Shown: positions 41,060-50,916 of the stretch, piece by piece | Position numbering within the stretch: the stretch's first letter is position 1 | Layout: the number at the start of each line of letters is the position of its first letter | Origin: Kofleriaceae bacterium | GTDB lineage: Bacteria > Myxococcota_A > Polyangia > Haliangiales > Haliangiaceae | NCBI GenBank assembly: GCA_965215005.1 | Contig: CBDCCZ010000037.1 | Coordinates: 37,209 to 101,208, forward strand | Direction: 5' to 3' | Length of the DNA: 64,000 nt | Made by a program: the position numbers and the translations under genes | Notes under the pieces: generated by a model | What the model was told of the DNA's origin: nothing | What the model saw: only the letters and a program-made list of their open reading frames with translations | The model's database searches: none

Positions 41060-41599
41060 GTGACCATGATCAGCGGCATTATCTCCGAGCTATTGCCCGA
41101 GACGCGCGATGCGGCCCTCGACAACGGACTCTTCGTTGCGATGCGTGCCGCTCATCAGCGTCTGGTGGCACAGCTGGAGGAGCTGTCGGCGCCGCCTAAG
41201 CTGCGCCAACAGCCTGCGGAGTGCACGCAGCAGACTCTTCTCGCGGCGGTCAACGCGTGCGTGGAAGGCGCTTCGTTGACACTTCTCCAGGCAGCAGGCC
41301 CGAGCAAAGCGGCTGGTCTGGCCCGCGACATTCTCGCCGCAGGCGCGCGTGCGCGCGATGCAGCGACGGAGCTGCGAGCGTGGCGACTCGACAGTCGGCC
41401 GTGGCGAAGCACGCTCTCGCATGCTGGGCGCGCGATCACTTCGTGGATTGCACTGCTGGAGGACGAGGCGTTCGCATTCGCTCGTTTGCGACTGACGCAT
41501 GACGAGCTCGCCTGGCTTGGGCACGAATATGAGCTGCTGGTGCATCTCCACCGGGATGTCGCGAGCGAGGCAACGCACGGCACTGCGCTTCCCTGCTGA
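41060..41599 (+). CDS. Hypothetical helical protein
   Basis: ORF directly downstream of a sigma54 motif; start is 41060 or 41066. Confidence 0.5.
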   Translation: MTMISGIISELLPETRDAALDNGLFVAMRAAHQRLVAQLEELSAPPKLRQQPAECTQQTLLAAVNACVEGASLTLLQAAGPSKAAGLARDILAAGARARDAATELRAWRLDSRPWRSTLSHAGRAITSWIALLEDEAFAFARLRLTHDELAWLGHEYELLVHLHRDVASEATHGTALPC

Positions 41600-41645
41600 T
41601 GCCGTTCAACAATCAATCTATCAACTACGAAGGTACGAAGGAGTA

Positions 41646-41867
41646 ATGAGGATGAAGATGGCTACCGAGCAGCACCTGAAGCGGCGTATCGAGCAGCGTG
41701 AGACGTGCCTTCGAGCACGTGTGGCCGAGCTTCGCGAGTGTCACAAGCCACGCGCCCACGCCGAGCGCTCCTATCTGCGAAAGCGTCTCCGCGAGCTCGA
41801 CGAGGTCCTGGAGAATGGCTGGGAGTCGGTGAACCCCCCGCGGCTGGAAAGCTGGCTCCGACATTGA
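41646..41867 (+). CDS. Small hypothetical coiled-coil protein
   Basis: GAAGGAG RBS before ATG 41646; C-terminal GWESV...LESWL. Confidence 0.55.
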   Translation: MRMKMATEQHLKRRIEQRETCLRARVAELRECHKPRAHAERSYLRKRLRELDEVLENGWESVNPPRLESWLRH

Positions 41868-41922
41868 GAGCAGCGAACGGTTGGAGCGGCAACGTCATGG
41901 CCCGCTCCAACCGCCGTGCCCG

Positions 41923-42846
41923 CTAGCGCGGGGCGGTGGGGACGAATAAGATCGGCACTCGTAGCTCTCCGAGTAGCCGCGCAGGCACAGCGCCTGCGAC
42001 TTCGTCGGCGATGCTTCGGTCGCGGTGCATGGGCACGACGACCAGATCGCAGTTGTGCTCGCGAGCCAGGGCGGGTACTCGAACGGCCGGCTCGCCGGTA
42101 TCGAGAATCGCATCCCGCCGAGTCTGCGGTAGCTCCACGGTCGAGGCGAGCTCGCGCAGCTCGCGGGTCAGCGCCGCCCGCGTCTGCTCCAGGCCTTCGA
42201 CGAAGTGACTTTGTGGGTGTCCCATCACGCCGCGCTCGACGGCGTGCAGCGGGGGCTGCGGCCAGACGTGCACGAACGTGAGCTGACCGTCTTGATGGGT
42301 GAGGCTCGAAGCAGCGCGGGCCACGGTCTCGGCGTCACCGGTAGGTTCCACGTAGATGAGCGTATGACGGCCCTGCAGGACGTGGGGCGGGCGAGAGACG
42401 TCCGGCGGCACTTCCGGAATGACCAGCACGGGGCAGGGCGCTTCGTCGACGATGTCGCCGAGATTCCCGCCCGTAAACGGCACGTCGCCGCGGGAGCCCA
42501 AGATGATCAGGCTCGCGCCATTTGCTGCCGCATAGTCCGCGATTCCTTCCGCGAGCGCGGCGTGGAGGTAGTCGTGGCGGAGCTCGATCCCCACGGGACA
42601 TAGCTCTTTCTCCAACGCCTGAAGCCGTTGTTCGACCGACGCGGCATGATGCGTCTCCAGGCGCGTCCAAGCGCTTCGCGGTGCGTAGACCGGCTCGGAA
42701 GCAATAGTCATCATGTCGGGCAGCTCATCGACGTGCACCAGGAGGAGCGTGGCGCCCCAACGCTCGGCGAGCCTGCAAGCGGCCACCGCGGCCTGTCGGG
42801 CGGCATCGCTGAAATCAACCGGGGTGACGATGCATTGGATGCTCAT
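41923..42846 (-). CDS. Universal stress protein (tandem USP domains)
   Basis: IVTPVDFSDAA, LIILGSRG, APCPVLVI; second domain CDLVVV...VPILFVP. Confidence 0.88.
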   Translation of the reverse strand: MSIQCIVTPVDFSDAARQAAVAACRLAERWGATLLLVHVDELPDMMTIASEPVYAPRSAWTRLETHHAASVEQRLQALEKELCPVGIELRHDYLHAALAEGIADYAAANGASLIILGSRGDVPFTGGNLGDIVDEAPCPVLVIPEVPPDVSRPPHVLQGRHTLIYVEPTGDAETVARAASSLTHQDGQLTFVHVWPQPPLHAVERGVMGHPQSHFVEGLEQTRAALTRELRELASTVELPQTRRDAILDTGEPAVRVPALAREHNCDLVVVPMHRDRSIADEVAGAVPARLLGELRVPILFVPTAPR

Positions 42847-43022
42847 CGCGATCTTTCCTTGTTGTCGCTGCGGGTTCGGTGCTTCGACGCTGCGCCGCGT
42901 CGCTCGTCGCAGTGGAAGCGCACGGTACCGCAACCTAGCTGCGGTTTGCTCGACAGTGGGAGGCGTTCTTGCGGGGCAGCGACAGTCGAGAACCTGGCGC
43001 CGGAAGATGAGCAGCGAACGGT

Positions 43023-43307
43023 CTAACGCGCCGAGCCCGGTTGCACGATCCAGCGGCCCGGAACCGCATTGCGCACCGTCGGATCCGCGTCGTAGGTGAG
43101 GTACCCGCCCGCTTCGAGTTGGTCGACAACGGCTTCTGCTCGCGCCGCCGAGCAGTTGAGAAATCCCATCACAGCTTCTCGAAAGACGGTCTTGCCGGGG
43201 ACGTAGTCGAGGATGGGCCCAGGTACAGCCTCAGCGAGATGCGCGGCGATGCGCGGCAGCTCCCGCTCATCGGCCACGCGCATGCCAGCAGAATCGTCCA
43301 GGGTCAT
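43023..43307 (-). CDS. Small hypothetical protein (winged-helix-like) coupled to dps
   Basis: ATGA overlap with the dps stop; CSAARAEAVVDQLEAGGYL. Confidence 0.6.
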   Translation of the reverse strand: MTLDDSAGMRVADERELPRIAAHLAEAVPGPILDYVPGKTVFREAVMGFLNCSAARAEAVVDQLEAGGYLTYDADPTVRNAVPGRWIVQPGSAR

Positions 43308-43789
43308 ACGTTGATGTGGCTTTCTAAAAACCACATGTCGAGCTCTGAGCCGCGCAGGATCTCGATCAACAGATCTTCGGTTGCCGGGTCCTCGAGCTTC
43401 CGTGCAGTCTCGATCCCGGTGCGCACGGTCGCTGTGAACGTATCGTAGCGTTCCACCAGCGCCCGGATGTGCGTGCGCCCTTCGATTGCCTTCAGGTCGT
43501 ACTCGGGCAGCGCCGATTTCTCCGCCGCCAGGCGAACCGTGCCCTCTGCGTATCCTCCCAGGGTGCTGGCGCGCTCCGCCAGGTCGTCGGTGAAGTTGCG
43601 CAGGCGCGTGGCGAGCTTGTCGAACAACTCATGACGCGCGAAGAACTGCGGCCCCTTGATGTTCCAATGGGCTTGCTTCACTTGATAGGTAAGATCGAGC
43701 GTCGTGCAGGTGAGGACGTTGAGAAGGTCCACCAGCTGCTCGCGGTGCTCGGCTTTGAGGGTCACGTGGGAATTGAATCGTTTGGTCAT
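43304..43789 (-). CDS. dps: DNA starvation/stationary phase protection protein Dps
   Basis: KQAHWNIKGPQFFARHELFD, DDLAER, MWFLESH. Confidence 0.93.
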   Translation of the reverse strand: MTKRFNSHVTLKAEHREQLVDLLNVLTCTTLDLTYQVKQAHWNIKGPQFFARHELFDKLATRLRNFTDDLAERASTLGGYAEGTVRLAAEKSALPEYDLKAIEGRTHIRALVERYDTFTATVRTGIETARKLEDPATEDLLIEILRGSELDMWFLESHINV

Positions 43790-43848
43790 GGGAGGTCCTT
43801 GTGCGTCCGCGCCGCTGGACATCTGCGCCGCTCCACTGTCGCCAACGG

Positions 43849-43864
43849 TGCAGGGAGTGAGCCA
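43849..43864 (-). promoter_or_regulatory. sigma54 -24/-12 promoter
   Basis: TGGCTCACTCCCTGCA on the minus strand upstream of dps. Confidence 0.6.
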
Positions 43865-44017
43865 GTCGGCGTCTAGCCTCTACACGCAACGATTTCGTCA
43901 TCTTCTGCTCACATCCGCAGCTTGCGCGCCGTAAAGCCCACCCTAGGCGGCACCGTCGCATCTGCGGCACGTCGCCTCGGTGGGCGCGCCCGCACGCATT
44001 GGCCGAATCAAACGCGT

Positions 44018-44033
44018 TGGTACGCACTTCGCA
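44018..44033 (+). promoter_or_regulatory. sigma54 -24/-12 promoter (variant)
   Basis: TGGTACGCACTTCGCA, 12 nt before GTG 44046. Confidence 0.45.
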
Positions 44034-44045
44034 GCGAGCAGCCGC

Positions 44046-44933
44046 GTGGACGCTTTAAATCGCGAGTCTGTCGAGCGCCATCTGTTGCGGTTGCTGGAGG
44101 GCAGTGAGCTCACGCCGCGATTGGTGGCCGGTATCTCTGGTGACTTTGCCCTCTCACCCGCTGAGCAGGCGGCGGTCGATCGCCTGCGGGAGAGCCGACC
44201 GCACACGTTCTACGCCGACCTACTATTCATGATGACGCATGAGCTGTTCGCGCCCGAAGAAGCCGAGTGGCTGTGGCATTCGATCGTTCAGCACAAGGAA
44301 AAGCTCACTGCGACTCTGGGCCGCAACGTAGGCATGGCGGTGGCCACGCTCGATTATCTGACCAACGTGCGCCATATGCTCGGTTCACCGTCGGTGATTC
44401 GCTCGCGCACCATGTCCACGGTGGCCGAGGTCGCGCTCAAGGATGGGCTCACTGGCCTGTTCGTTCACTCGACATTCGTGACCAAGCTCGAGGGCGAGCT
44501 GGTGCGATGCGCTCGCTACGAAGACCGTCTCGCCGTGGCGCTCATCGACATCGACAACTTCAAACAGATCAACGACACGCTTGGGCATGCCCGCGGCGAC
44601 TGGGTGCTCGCGCAAGTGGCGGCCGTGATGCGGCTGTCCACCCGCGAGACAGACGTCGGCGGGCGCTACGGCGGCGACGAGTTCGCACTGGTGATGCCAC
44701 GTACGGGGCGGCCAGAGGCGGTGGCGATATGCGAGCGTATCCGCCGGGAAGTTCGCGGGCTCGGCGAAGGCGTGAGCGTCAGCGTTGGCCTCGCTGTCTT
44801 CCCCGCGGACAGCACCACGGCAGAAGGGCTGCTCCGCCGCGCGGACGATGCTCTGTATGAATCGAAGCGCGGTGGTAAAGATCGCGTTGCGGTCGCCGAG
44901 GCGCCGGGCGCGGGTCTCTCCGAGGCACGCTGA
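44046..44933 (+). CDS. Diguanylate cyclase (GGDEF)
   Basis: DGLTGL, DIDNFKQINDTLGH, RETD I-site, RYGGDEF; start uncertain. Confidence 0.9.
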   Translation: MDALNRESVERHLLRLLEGSELTPRLVAGISGDFALSPAEQAAVDRLRESRPHTFYADLLFMMTHELFAPEEAEWLWHSIVQHKEKLTATLGRNVGMAVATLDYLTNVRHMLGSPSVIRSRTMSTVAEVALKDGLTGLFVHSTFVTKLEGELVRCARYEDRLAVALIDIDNFKQINDTLGHARGDWVLAQVAAVMRLSTRETDVGGRYGGDEFALVMPRTGRPEAVAICERIRREVRGLGEGVSVSVGLAVFPADSTTAEGLLRRADDALYESKRGGKDRVAVAEAPGAGLSEAR

Positions 44934-44965
44934 CACGGGGCGCATCACCGCCACAGCCAAGCTGG

Positions 44966-44981
44966 TGGCATACCCGGTGCA
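44966..44981 (+). promoter_or_regulatory. sigma54 -24/-12 promoter
   Basis: TGGCATACCCGGTGCA, 16 nt before ATG 44998. Confidence 0.65.
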
Positions 44982-44997
44982 GACCCAGACGCCCACC

Positions 44998-46338
44998 ATG
45001 TCTGATCCGTCGCCACACCGCGGTAGAGCGATCGTCACCTACGCCCGAGGTGTTCATGCTCTCACCACCATCCGCAGTCTCGGGCGCAAGGGCATCGAGG
45101 TCATTGCCGCAGACGCCTATGCTCCGACACCAGGTGCCATGTCGCGCTATGCGACGGACAGCTTTCGGTATCCCGATCCACTAGAAGACCACGAGGCCTT
45201 CATCGATGCGCTGGCAGCGGCGGTGGAGGAATACGCTCCTGCCAGCGATGTGCCCTACGCCCTCATTCCGGTTCATCGAGAGGGGTACTGGGTCGCTCAT
45301 GCTCGGCAGCGGTTTGCGGGCCGCATTGGTCTGGCGCTGGCTGAAGCGCCGGCGATCGCTCTCGCTCGACACAAGCGCCAGCTCACGCGGTTTGCTCGTG
45401 AACATGACATCGCGGTGCCGCGCTCGTGGATGCCGTCGAGTCAACCAGAGCTCGACGCGATGATCACTGAGATAGAGTTTCCCGCATTCGTAAAGGTGCC
45501 GTCGAGCGTGGGTGGTCTCGGTGTCCGCAAAGTCGCCAATGAGGCAGAGCTGCGGAGCTCGGTGCGTGAGCTGGTTGCCGAGCTCGCACTCGAGGGCGAC
45601 GAGTGGCCCATGGTGCAAGCAGCCGCTCCAGGCCACGACTACTGCGTTGCAGCGCTGTTCGACCGAGGCCGGCCGGTGGTGCTGACGTCGTACGAAAATC
45701 TCGCCACCTTCCCGCGCGATGGCGGCCCCGGCGCCATTCGGCAGTCACTTGCCGCGCCGCAGCTCGAAGATGTCGCGCGTCGGCTACTCGAGGCGCTCGA
45801 CTGGCACGGCGTAGCGCAGGTCGATCTGCGGTGGACGGGCAACGAGGAGGACGAGCCGCTCCTCATCGAGATCAATCCACGCTTCTTTACCGGCTTGTTG
45901 CAGACCATCGAGGCGGGGGTGGATCTGCCGTGGTTGACGTTTCAGCTCGCGACTGGCCAACCCCTCGATGCAAACATCGAGATGCGGTTTGACAAGCGCA
46001 CCGAGGTGCCGCTACTCGGAATGCTTGCGTCGATTCGAGAGGCCGCAGCAAGCGATAGTACGGTCGAGCGACTGGGTCGCGCCTGGCAAGATTGGCGAAG
46101 CGCGATCGGCGCGGGCTCGCCGCTTGCCGGCACCAAAGCGCTCATTGCTACGCTGCGGGACACCATCGACATTGGTGAGCGACTGGATGCGGTCAAACAA
46201 GCGCTTGAAGCAAACCGCGACAATGTGATGGTGCTCTGGGACGAGGATGATCCGTTGCCGGTTCTCGGCATGCTGTATCCGCTCACCATGTTCCTGCGCC
46301 ACGGCAAGGTCGACAAGCGAGTGCTGTCTGGCCTATGA
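44998..46338 (+). CDS. ATP-grasp domain protein (carboxylate-amine ligase-like)
   Basis: IRSLGRKGIEV, FPAFVK...GGLGV, IEINPRF. Confidence 0.85.
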   Translation: MSDPSPHRGRAIVTYARGVHALTTIRSLGRKGIEVIAADAYAPTPGAMSRYATDSFRYPDPLEDHEAFIDALAAAVEEYAPASDVPYALIPVHREGYWVAHARQRFAGRIGLALAEAPAIALARHKRQLTRFAREHDIAVPRSWMPSSQPELDAMITEIEFPAFVKVPSSVGGLGVRKVANEAELRSSVRELVAELALEGDEWPMVQAAAPGHDYCVAALFDRGRPVVLTSYENLATFPRDGGPGAIRQSLAAPQLEDVARRLLEALDWHGVAQVDLRWTGNEEDEPLLIEINPRFFTGLLQTIEAGVDLPWLTFQLATGQPLDANIEMRFDKRTEVPLLGMLASIREAAASDSTVERLGRAWQDWRSAIGAGSPLAGTKALIATLRDTIDIGERLDAVKQALEANRDNVMVLWDEDDPLPVLGMLYPLTMFLRHGKVDKRVLSGL

Positions 46339-46403
46339 CTGCGGATGCGTCATCGCACAATCGTGAGCGGTGGTGCTTTCGCAGCGCGAAAAAGGAGACT
46401 GAC

Positions 46404-46946
46404 ATGGGTAATGGAGCATTCGTTTCGGATATCGAAGCAATCAAGAAGCGGGCCCGCGAAAATATGATGCAGGGGCCGGTGACCAGCGCATACGGCGCAG
46501 ACGTCAAGCAGGTGGTAACAGTGCTTAACGACGTGCTAGCCACGGAAATCGTCTGCACGCTGCGCTATTGGAGCCACTACTTCTTGGCGTCGGGCATGAA
46601 CGCCGAGGCGGTGAAGGCCGAATTCGCTGAGCACGCCCGCGAAGAGCAAGAACATGCGTCTCGGGTTGCCGAGCGCATCACCCAGCTCGGCGGCACGCCA
46701 AACCTCGACCCTGCGACGCTGAGCAGTCGGTCGCACGCCGACTTCAAGGAGACCACGGACCTCGTCGAGATGGTCAAGGAGGATCTCATCGCGGAACGCG
46801 TGGCGATCGAGACCTATCTCGAGATCGCTCGCTGGCTCGGCGACCGCGACCCAACCACGCGGCGTCTGATCGAAAGCGTGCTCGAGCAGGAAGAAGAGCA
46901 CGCGGACGACATGCAGTCGCTACTCGAGAAGCTCGGCCCACGGTAA
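46404..46946 (+). CDS. Bacterioferritin-like / ferritin-domain protein
   Basis: LATEIVC, EEQEH, AERITQLGG, EDLIAER, EEEHAD di-iron ligands; AAGGAG RBS. Confidence 0.88.
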   Translation: MGNGAFVSDIEAIKKRARENMMQGPVTSAYGADVKQVVTVLNDVLATEIVCTLRYWSHYFLASGMNAEAVKAEFAEHAREEQEHASRVAERITQLGGTPNLDPATLSSRSHADFKETTDLVEMVKEDLIAERVAIETYLEIARWLGDRDPTTRRLIESVLEQEEEHADDMQSLLEKLGPR

Positions 46947-47198
46947 CCGCCGCGATTGCACATGGCATCCGTGTCCCGGTCCAGGGTCGGGCTGGGAGGC
47001 GTGAATCCGTGTGCATCATCGTTTCCTGTCTGCGCTCGAGCCCCTTGGAGGTTGCCAAACTCGCCGCGCGGAGTTCCTATCAACAGCGTGTTGCTGGCAT
47101 CAGAATGGGGCGCCGCTTGCTATCTTTCTCTGGTCTGCGGGCCCGTTGCGTCCCCGTGCCGCGCTGGTGGCAATGACTGAGCGGATTGAGCGGCGTCC

Positions 47199-49931
47199 AT
47201 GAGCGGCGATAGAAAAATCTGGATGGGCTTCGTCACCCTTGGAGCGGTGATGGCAGCCCATCAGTTGCTGGAGACTGCGCGCGACGCGCTGTTTCTAGCG
47301 TCGCTGCCGGCCTTCGATCTGCCATGGGTGTACTTGGCGATCGCGGTTCTGGGGCTGGTGGTTTCACGTACCCGCGTCGCACGATTCTCTGGGCGATACG
47401 CGCTGGCGGCATGGTTGGTGGTGGCATCCGCCATCAGCCTGGCGTTCTGGGTGCTGCTTGCGTCACCCGAGCCGTGGATGCTCTATGCGCTGTACGCTTG
47501 GTCCGGGCTCTACATCACGCTGGCGGTGACCCAGTTTTGGGTGGCGCTTGGCGCGTACTATACCGTCACCGAAGCCAAGCACGCCTTCGGTACTGTTGGC
47601 ACCGGCGCCATCCTTGGCGCAATCGCCGGTGCGGTGACGGCCCGGGGTCTCACCTCAGTAGTGCTCACGCGGCACCTAGTGTTGGCTGCGGCGTTGGCAG
47701 CGATGGCCGCGGCAATTGCCTCGGTGCTACTCGAGCGCGTGCTCGATCGCGAGCGCGAGCCGAGCCGCAGTGGCGTCGCTGATCTGCCACCGGTGGATGA
47801 ATCGCTCAAGCGAGTCGTGAGCCACCCATATACCCTGCGAGTCGCATGGCTGGTGGTCGCTTCGACGCTGGCGTTCACCGTTCTCGACTATGTCTTCAAG
47901 AGCGTGGTCGCCGCCGAGGTCCCGGCGCCAGAGCTGGCTTCGTTCTTCGCCACACTGCACGTGGTGTTAAACGTTGGCTCCTTGCTCGCGCAGGTGGTGT
48001 TGGTGCGGGCGCTCGTGCGTCACACCTCACTCAGCTACACTTTATCGCTGCTGCCGCTGCTCCTCGTCGGTGGCGCGATTGCGGTGGCTGCCGGCGGCGG
48101 GTTGCTGGCCGCGCTGCTGCTCAAAGGCGCTGATGGCAGCTTGCGCCATTCGGTGCATCGCGTGGGGACTGAGCTGCTGTTCGTGCCGATGTCTGACGAG
48201 ACTCGTACGGGTGCCAAGCTGTTCATCGACATCGTCGGTCAACGCGGATCGCAAGCGGTCGCGTCGCTGGCGATTCTCGGGGTGGTCTCGCTTTTCGGGC
48301 CGGCGGTTCCTGCGCTCGCGGCGGTGGTCGCGGTGCTGGCGGTGCTGTGGATCGCCATCGCCTTCGGCATGCGCGAGCACTATCTGGACCTGTTTCGCAA
48401 AACCTTGGCGGAGACGACCGCACGCGGCACCCGTGAGCTTCCCTCTTTGGATGGTCGAGCCCTCGAGGATGTCGTCATGCGGCTCAACTCGCGCGACGAC
48501 CTCGAGGTCATCGCCGCTATCGATCTACTCGCAGGGAACGGCAAAGCGCGTTTGATCCCCGACCTCATCTTGTATCACCCGTCGCCACGGGTGGTGCTGC
48601 ACGCGCTCGATGTGTTCGCTACCGAGCGTCGCTCTTCGTTCTGGCCCATCGCCGAGCGTTTGCTCAACCACGAGAACCCCCGGATTCGCGCCTCGGTATT
48701 AGCAGCAAGGACCGCGGTGATTAGCGACAGCAGTGGCGATGCCGAGGTGCTGCACGCGGCGATGAACGACGAGCAGCCGATCGTGCGTGCGACGGCGCTG
48801 ATCGGTTTGATCGAAGCGGCGGCAACGGTCGATGAGCGCTACCGCGAGCCGTTCTATGCGATTCGCGCCGCTGGCGGCACTGAGGCTGACCTGGCGCTGG
48901 CGCGGGCGATTCGCCGGCGTCCGCTGCCGGCGTTTAGCGAGTTTCTCATCGAGCTTGCGCGCAGCGAGGAGGTCGAGGTGCAGTCGGAGGTGGCCGCGGC
49001 GATGGGCGATCTCCGGGACGTGCGCTTCGTGAGCTCGCTCATCCCGATGCTCGGCGCACGCTCCAGTCGCGAGGCCGCGCGCCGGGCGCTGGTGGCAATC
49101 GGTCCCGCTGCGTTGTCGGTGCTCGACGGAGCGCTCGCCGACGAGGCCCTGCCGGCGCGGGTACGGCACCACCTGCCGCGCACCATGAGCCGGTTTCGCG
49201 CCGATCAGGCAGCACCGCTCATGGTCGAGCACCTGGTGCGTGAGCGCGACGAGGTGGTGCGCGACAAGTTGTTGCGTGGGCTCGGCAGTTTGGCCGCCAA
49301 TCACGCGCGGCTAGAGTTCAGCCGCGAGCAGCTCTTGGCGGTGCAGCATGCGGAGCTCGAAGCAACGGTACGGCTCGCGCATTGGCGTGGGGTGCTCGAA
49401 GAGGCCGAAGCCGAGCTCAGCGGCGACCCACGCGACCAGTTCGACCTCATCGTGACGTTGCTTGCCGACAAGGAAGCCGAGGCCCTGGAGCGGGTGTTTC
49501 GGGTGCTTGGGCTCCTATATCGCAACGAAGATTTCGAGGGCATCTATCGCGGGCTGGCGGCGGAGCGCCGGGTTCGGGATTCGAGTCGTGAGTTGCTCGG
49601 CGATACGCTCGAGGAGCCGACGCGCAGCGCGGTGTTGGCGCTGCTAGGTGACGGCCGGCGACTCGGTTTGCTCGAGGCAGTCGCCCCGGTGTATCAATCG
49701 CCACCGCTCGGTTACATCGAGGTGCTCGAAGCGATGCTGCGTTCCACCGACGAGACGCTGCAATGTGCGGCGGCACATCATGCGCGTCGGCGTGGACTGT
49801 CTCGGCTCGCGCCGGTGCTGGCCAATGTCGATGCGTCGCGCTCGCAGTTCGTTCGCCGCGCGACCGAGCGTGCCTCGGCGCAGTTTGCCTCCGTGCGCCC
49901 GATTTCGGAAGAGGACGCTGGTGCCCAGTAG
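47199..49931 (+). CDS. Npt1/TLC-like nucleotide transporter (MFS) fused to HEAT repeats
   Basis: LETARDALFL N-terminus, about 12 TM helices, ELLFVPM...K.FID, followed by HEAT repeats. Confidence 0.8.
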   Translation: MSGDRKIWMGFVTLGAVMAAHQLLETARDALFLASLPAFDLPWVYLAIAVLGLVVSRTRVARFSGRYALAAWLVVASAISLAFWVLLASPEPWMLYALYAWSGLYITLAVTQFWVALGAYYTVTEAKHAFGTVGTGAILGAIAGAVTARGLTSVVLTRHLVLAAALAAMAAAIASVLLERVLDREREPSRSGVADLPPVDESLKRVVSHPYTLRVAWLVVASTLAFTVLDYVFKSVVAAEVPAPELASFFATLHVVLNVGSLLAQVVLVRALVRHTSLSYTLSLLPLLLVGGAIAVAAGGGLLAALLLKGADGSLRHSVHRVGTELLFVPMSDETRTGAKLFIDIVGQRGSQAVASLAILGVVSLFGPAVPALAAVVAVLAVLWIAIAFGMREHYLDLFRKTLAETTARGTRELPSLDGRALEDVVMRLNSRDDLEVIAAIDLLAGNGKARLIPDLILYHPSPRVVLHALDVFATERRSSFWPIAERLLNHENPRIRASVLAARTAVISDSSGDAEVLHAAMNDEQPIVRATALIGLIEAAATVDERYREPFYAIRAAGGTEADLALARAIRRRPLPAFSEFLIELARSEEVEVQSEVAAAMGDLRDVRFVSSLIPMLGARSSREAARRALVAIGPAALSVLDGALADEALPARVRHHLPRTMSRFRADQAAPLMVEHLVRERDEVVRDKLLRGLGSLAANHARLEFSREQLLAVQHAELEATVRLAHWRGVLEEAEAELSGDPRDQFDLIVTLLADKEAEALERVFRVLGLLYRNEDFEGIYRGLAAERRVRDSSRELLGDTLEEPTRSAVLALLGDGRRLGLLEAVAPVYQSPPLGYIEVLEAMLRSTDETLQCAAAHHARRRGLSRLAPVLANVDASRSQFVRRATERASAQFASVRPISEEDAGAQ

Positions 49932-50889
49932 CGTCCGGTTCGTGAGCCCGGCGCAACGGGTGATTTATCTGCGTACGCTGCCCATCTTTGGTGGCATCGA
50001 CAACGAGGACCTGGCGCTTCTCGCGCAGGCCGCGGTCGAGCAGCGATTCCGCCGCGGTCACGTGCTGCTTCGCGAAGGCGAGCCAACGCCTGCGGTGCAC
50101 TTGCTCGTCGATGGTGAGGTCGAGGAACGGCGAGCGGGACACCCTTTGCGCGTGTTTCGGCGCCGCGATTCGGTAGGAGTAATGGGGCTGTTGGCCCGTG
50201 CCGACGAAGGAGTCACGGCCACTGCATTGACGGCCGGTATGAGCTTGCGGTTGGCCGGTGCCGAGCTGTTTCGCATTCTCGAAGATCGCTTCTCGATCCT
50301 CTTGCACGTAATTCGTGGGGTAGCGCGCGTGGTCGAGGCGGAAACCCGCGCGCTCGGTTTTGCTGAGCCGCTGGTTCACCTGCGCGGTGCGCAGGAGCGA
50401 ATCGCAGCCCGCATCGAGAGCGGCTCCGCAGAGCTCGACCTGGTCGACCGCATCGAGCTGTTGCGTTTGGCACCCACTCTGAGCAACGCTAGTCTGGTGG
50501 CGCTGTCGCAGCTGGCAGGACGGGCGCGAGAGCTGCGACCCAGCAGTGGTCATGAGCTTTGGAGCGCCAATGCGCGCGCTGATTGCGCTTATGTCGTGTG
50601 TCGGGGCGAGCTCATGAGCGAGACTCGGGGCCAGGAAACCAGCCTCGGGCCTGGCTCGGCGGCGGGATTTGTCTCGCTACTGGCCGAGCATGAGCACGCC
50701 AGCAGCCTGCGATGCATTCGCGACGCGGTGGTCATCGAGGTCGACCGAGAAGCGCTGCTCGACGTCTTCGAAGAGCACTTCGGTATGGCGCTCGATACCG
50801 TGGCGACGCTAGCACGGCAGGTGCTGCGCTTATTCGCTCAGCGGGCGCTGCTCAGCGATTCAGTGCCCGCCGGTCTCGCCGCGGATTAA
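49921..50889 (+). CDS. Tandem cyclic-nucleotide-binding domain protein
   Basis: Two cNMP-like domains (LLREGE...LLVDGEV; YVVCRGEL...LGPGSAAG); overlaps the transporter stop. Confidence 0.75.
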   Translation: MPSSVRFVSPAQRVIYLRTLPIFGGIDNEDLALLAQAAVEQRFRRGHVLLREGEPTPAVHLLVDGEVEERRAGHPLRVFRRRDSVGVMGLLARADEGVTATALTAGMSLRLAGAELFRILEDRFSILLHVIRGVARVVEAETRALGFAEPLVHLRGAQERIAARIESGSAELDLVDRIELLRLAPTLSNASLVALSQLAGRARELRPSSGHELWSANARADCAYVVCRGELMSETRGQETSLGPGSAAGFVSLLAEHEHASSLRCIRDAVVIEVDREALLDVFEEHFGMALDTVATLARQVLRLFAQRALLSDSVPAGLAAD

Positions 50890-50916
50890 TTGACGCTCGG
50901 TTCCCAGCGCCGGCAC

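Noticed and set aside
47168..47183. TGGCAATGACTGAGCG as a sigma54 promoter for the Npt-HEAT gene
   Set aside because: Spacing is correct but the -12 element is poor; could easily be chance
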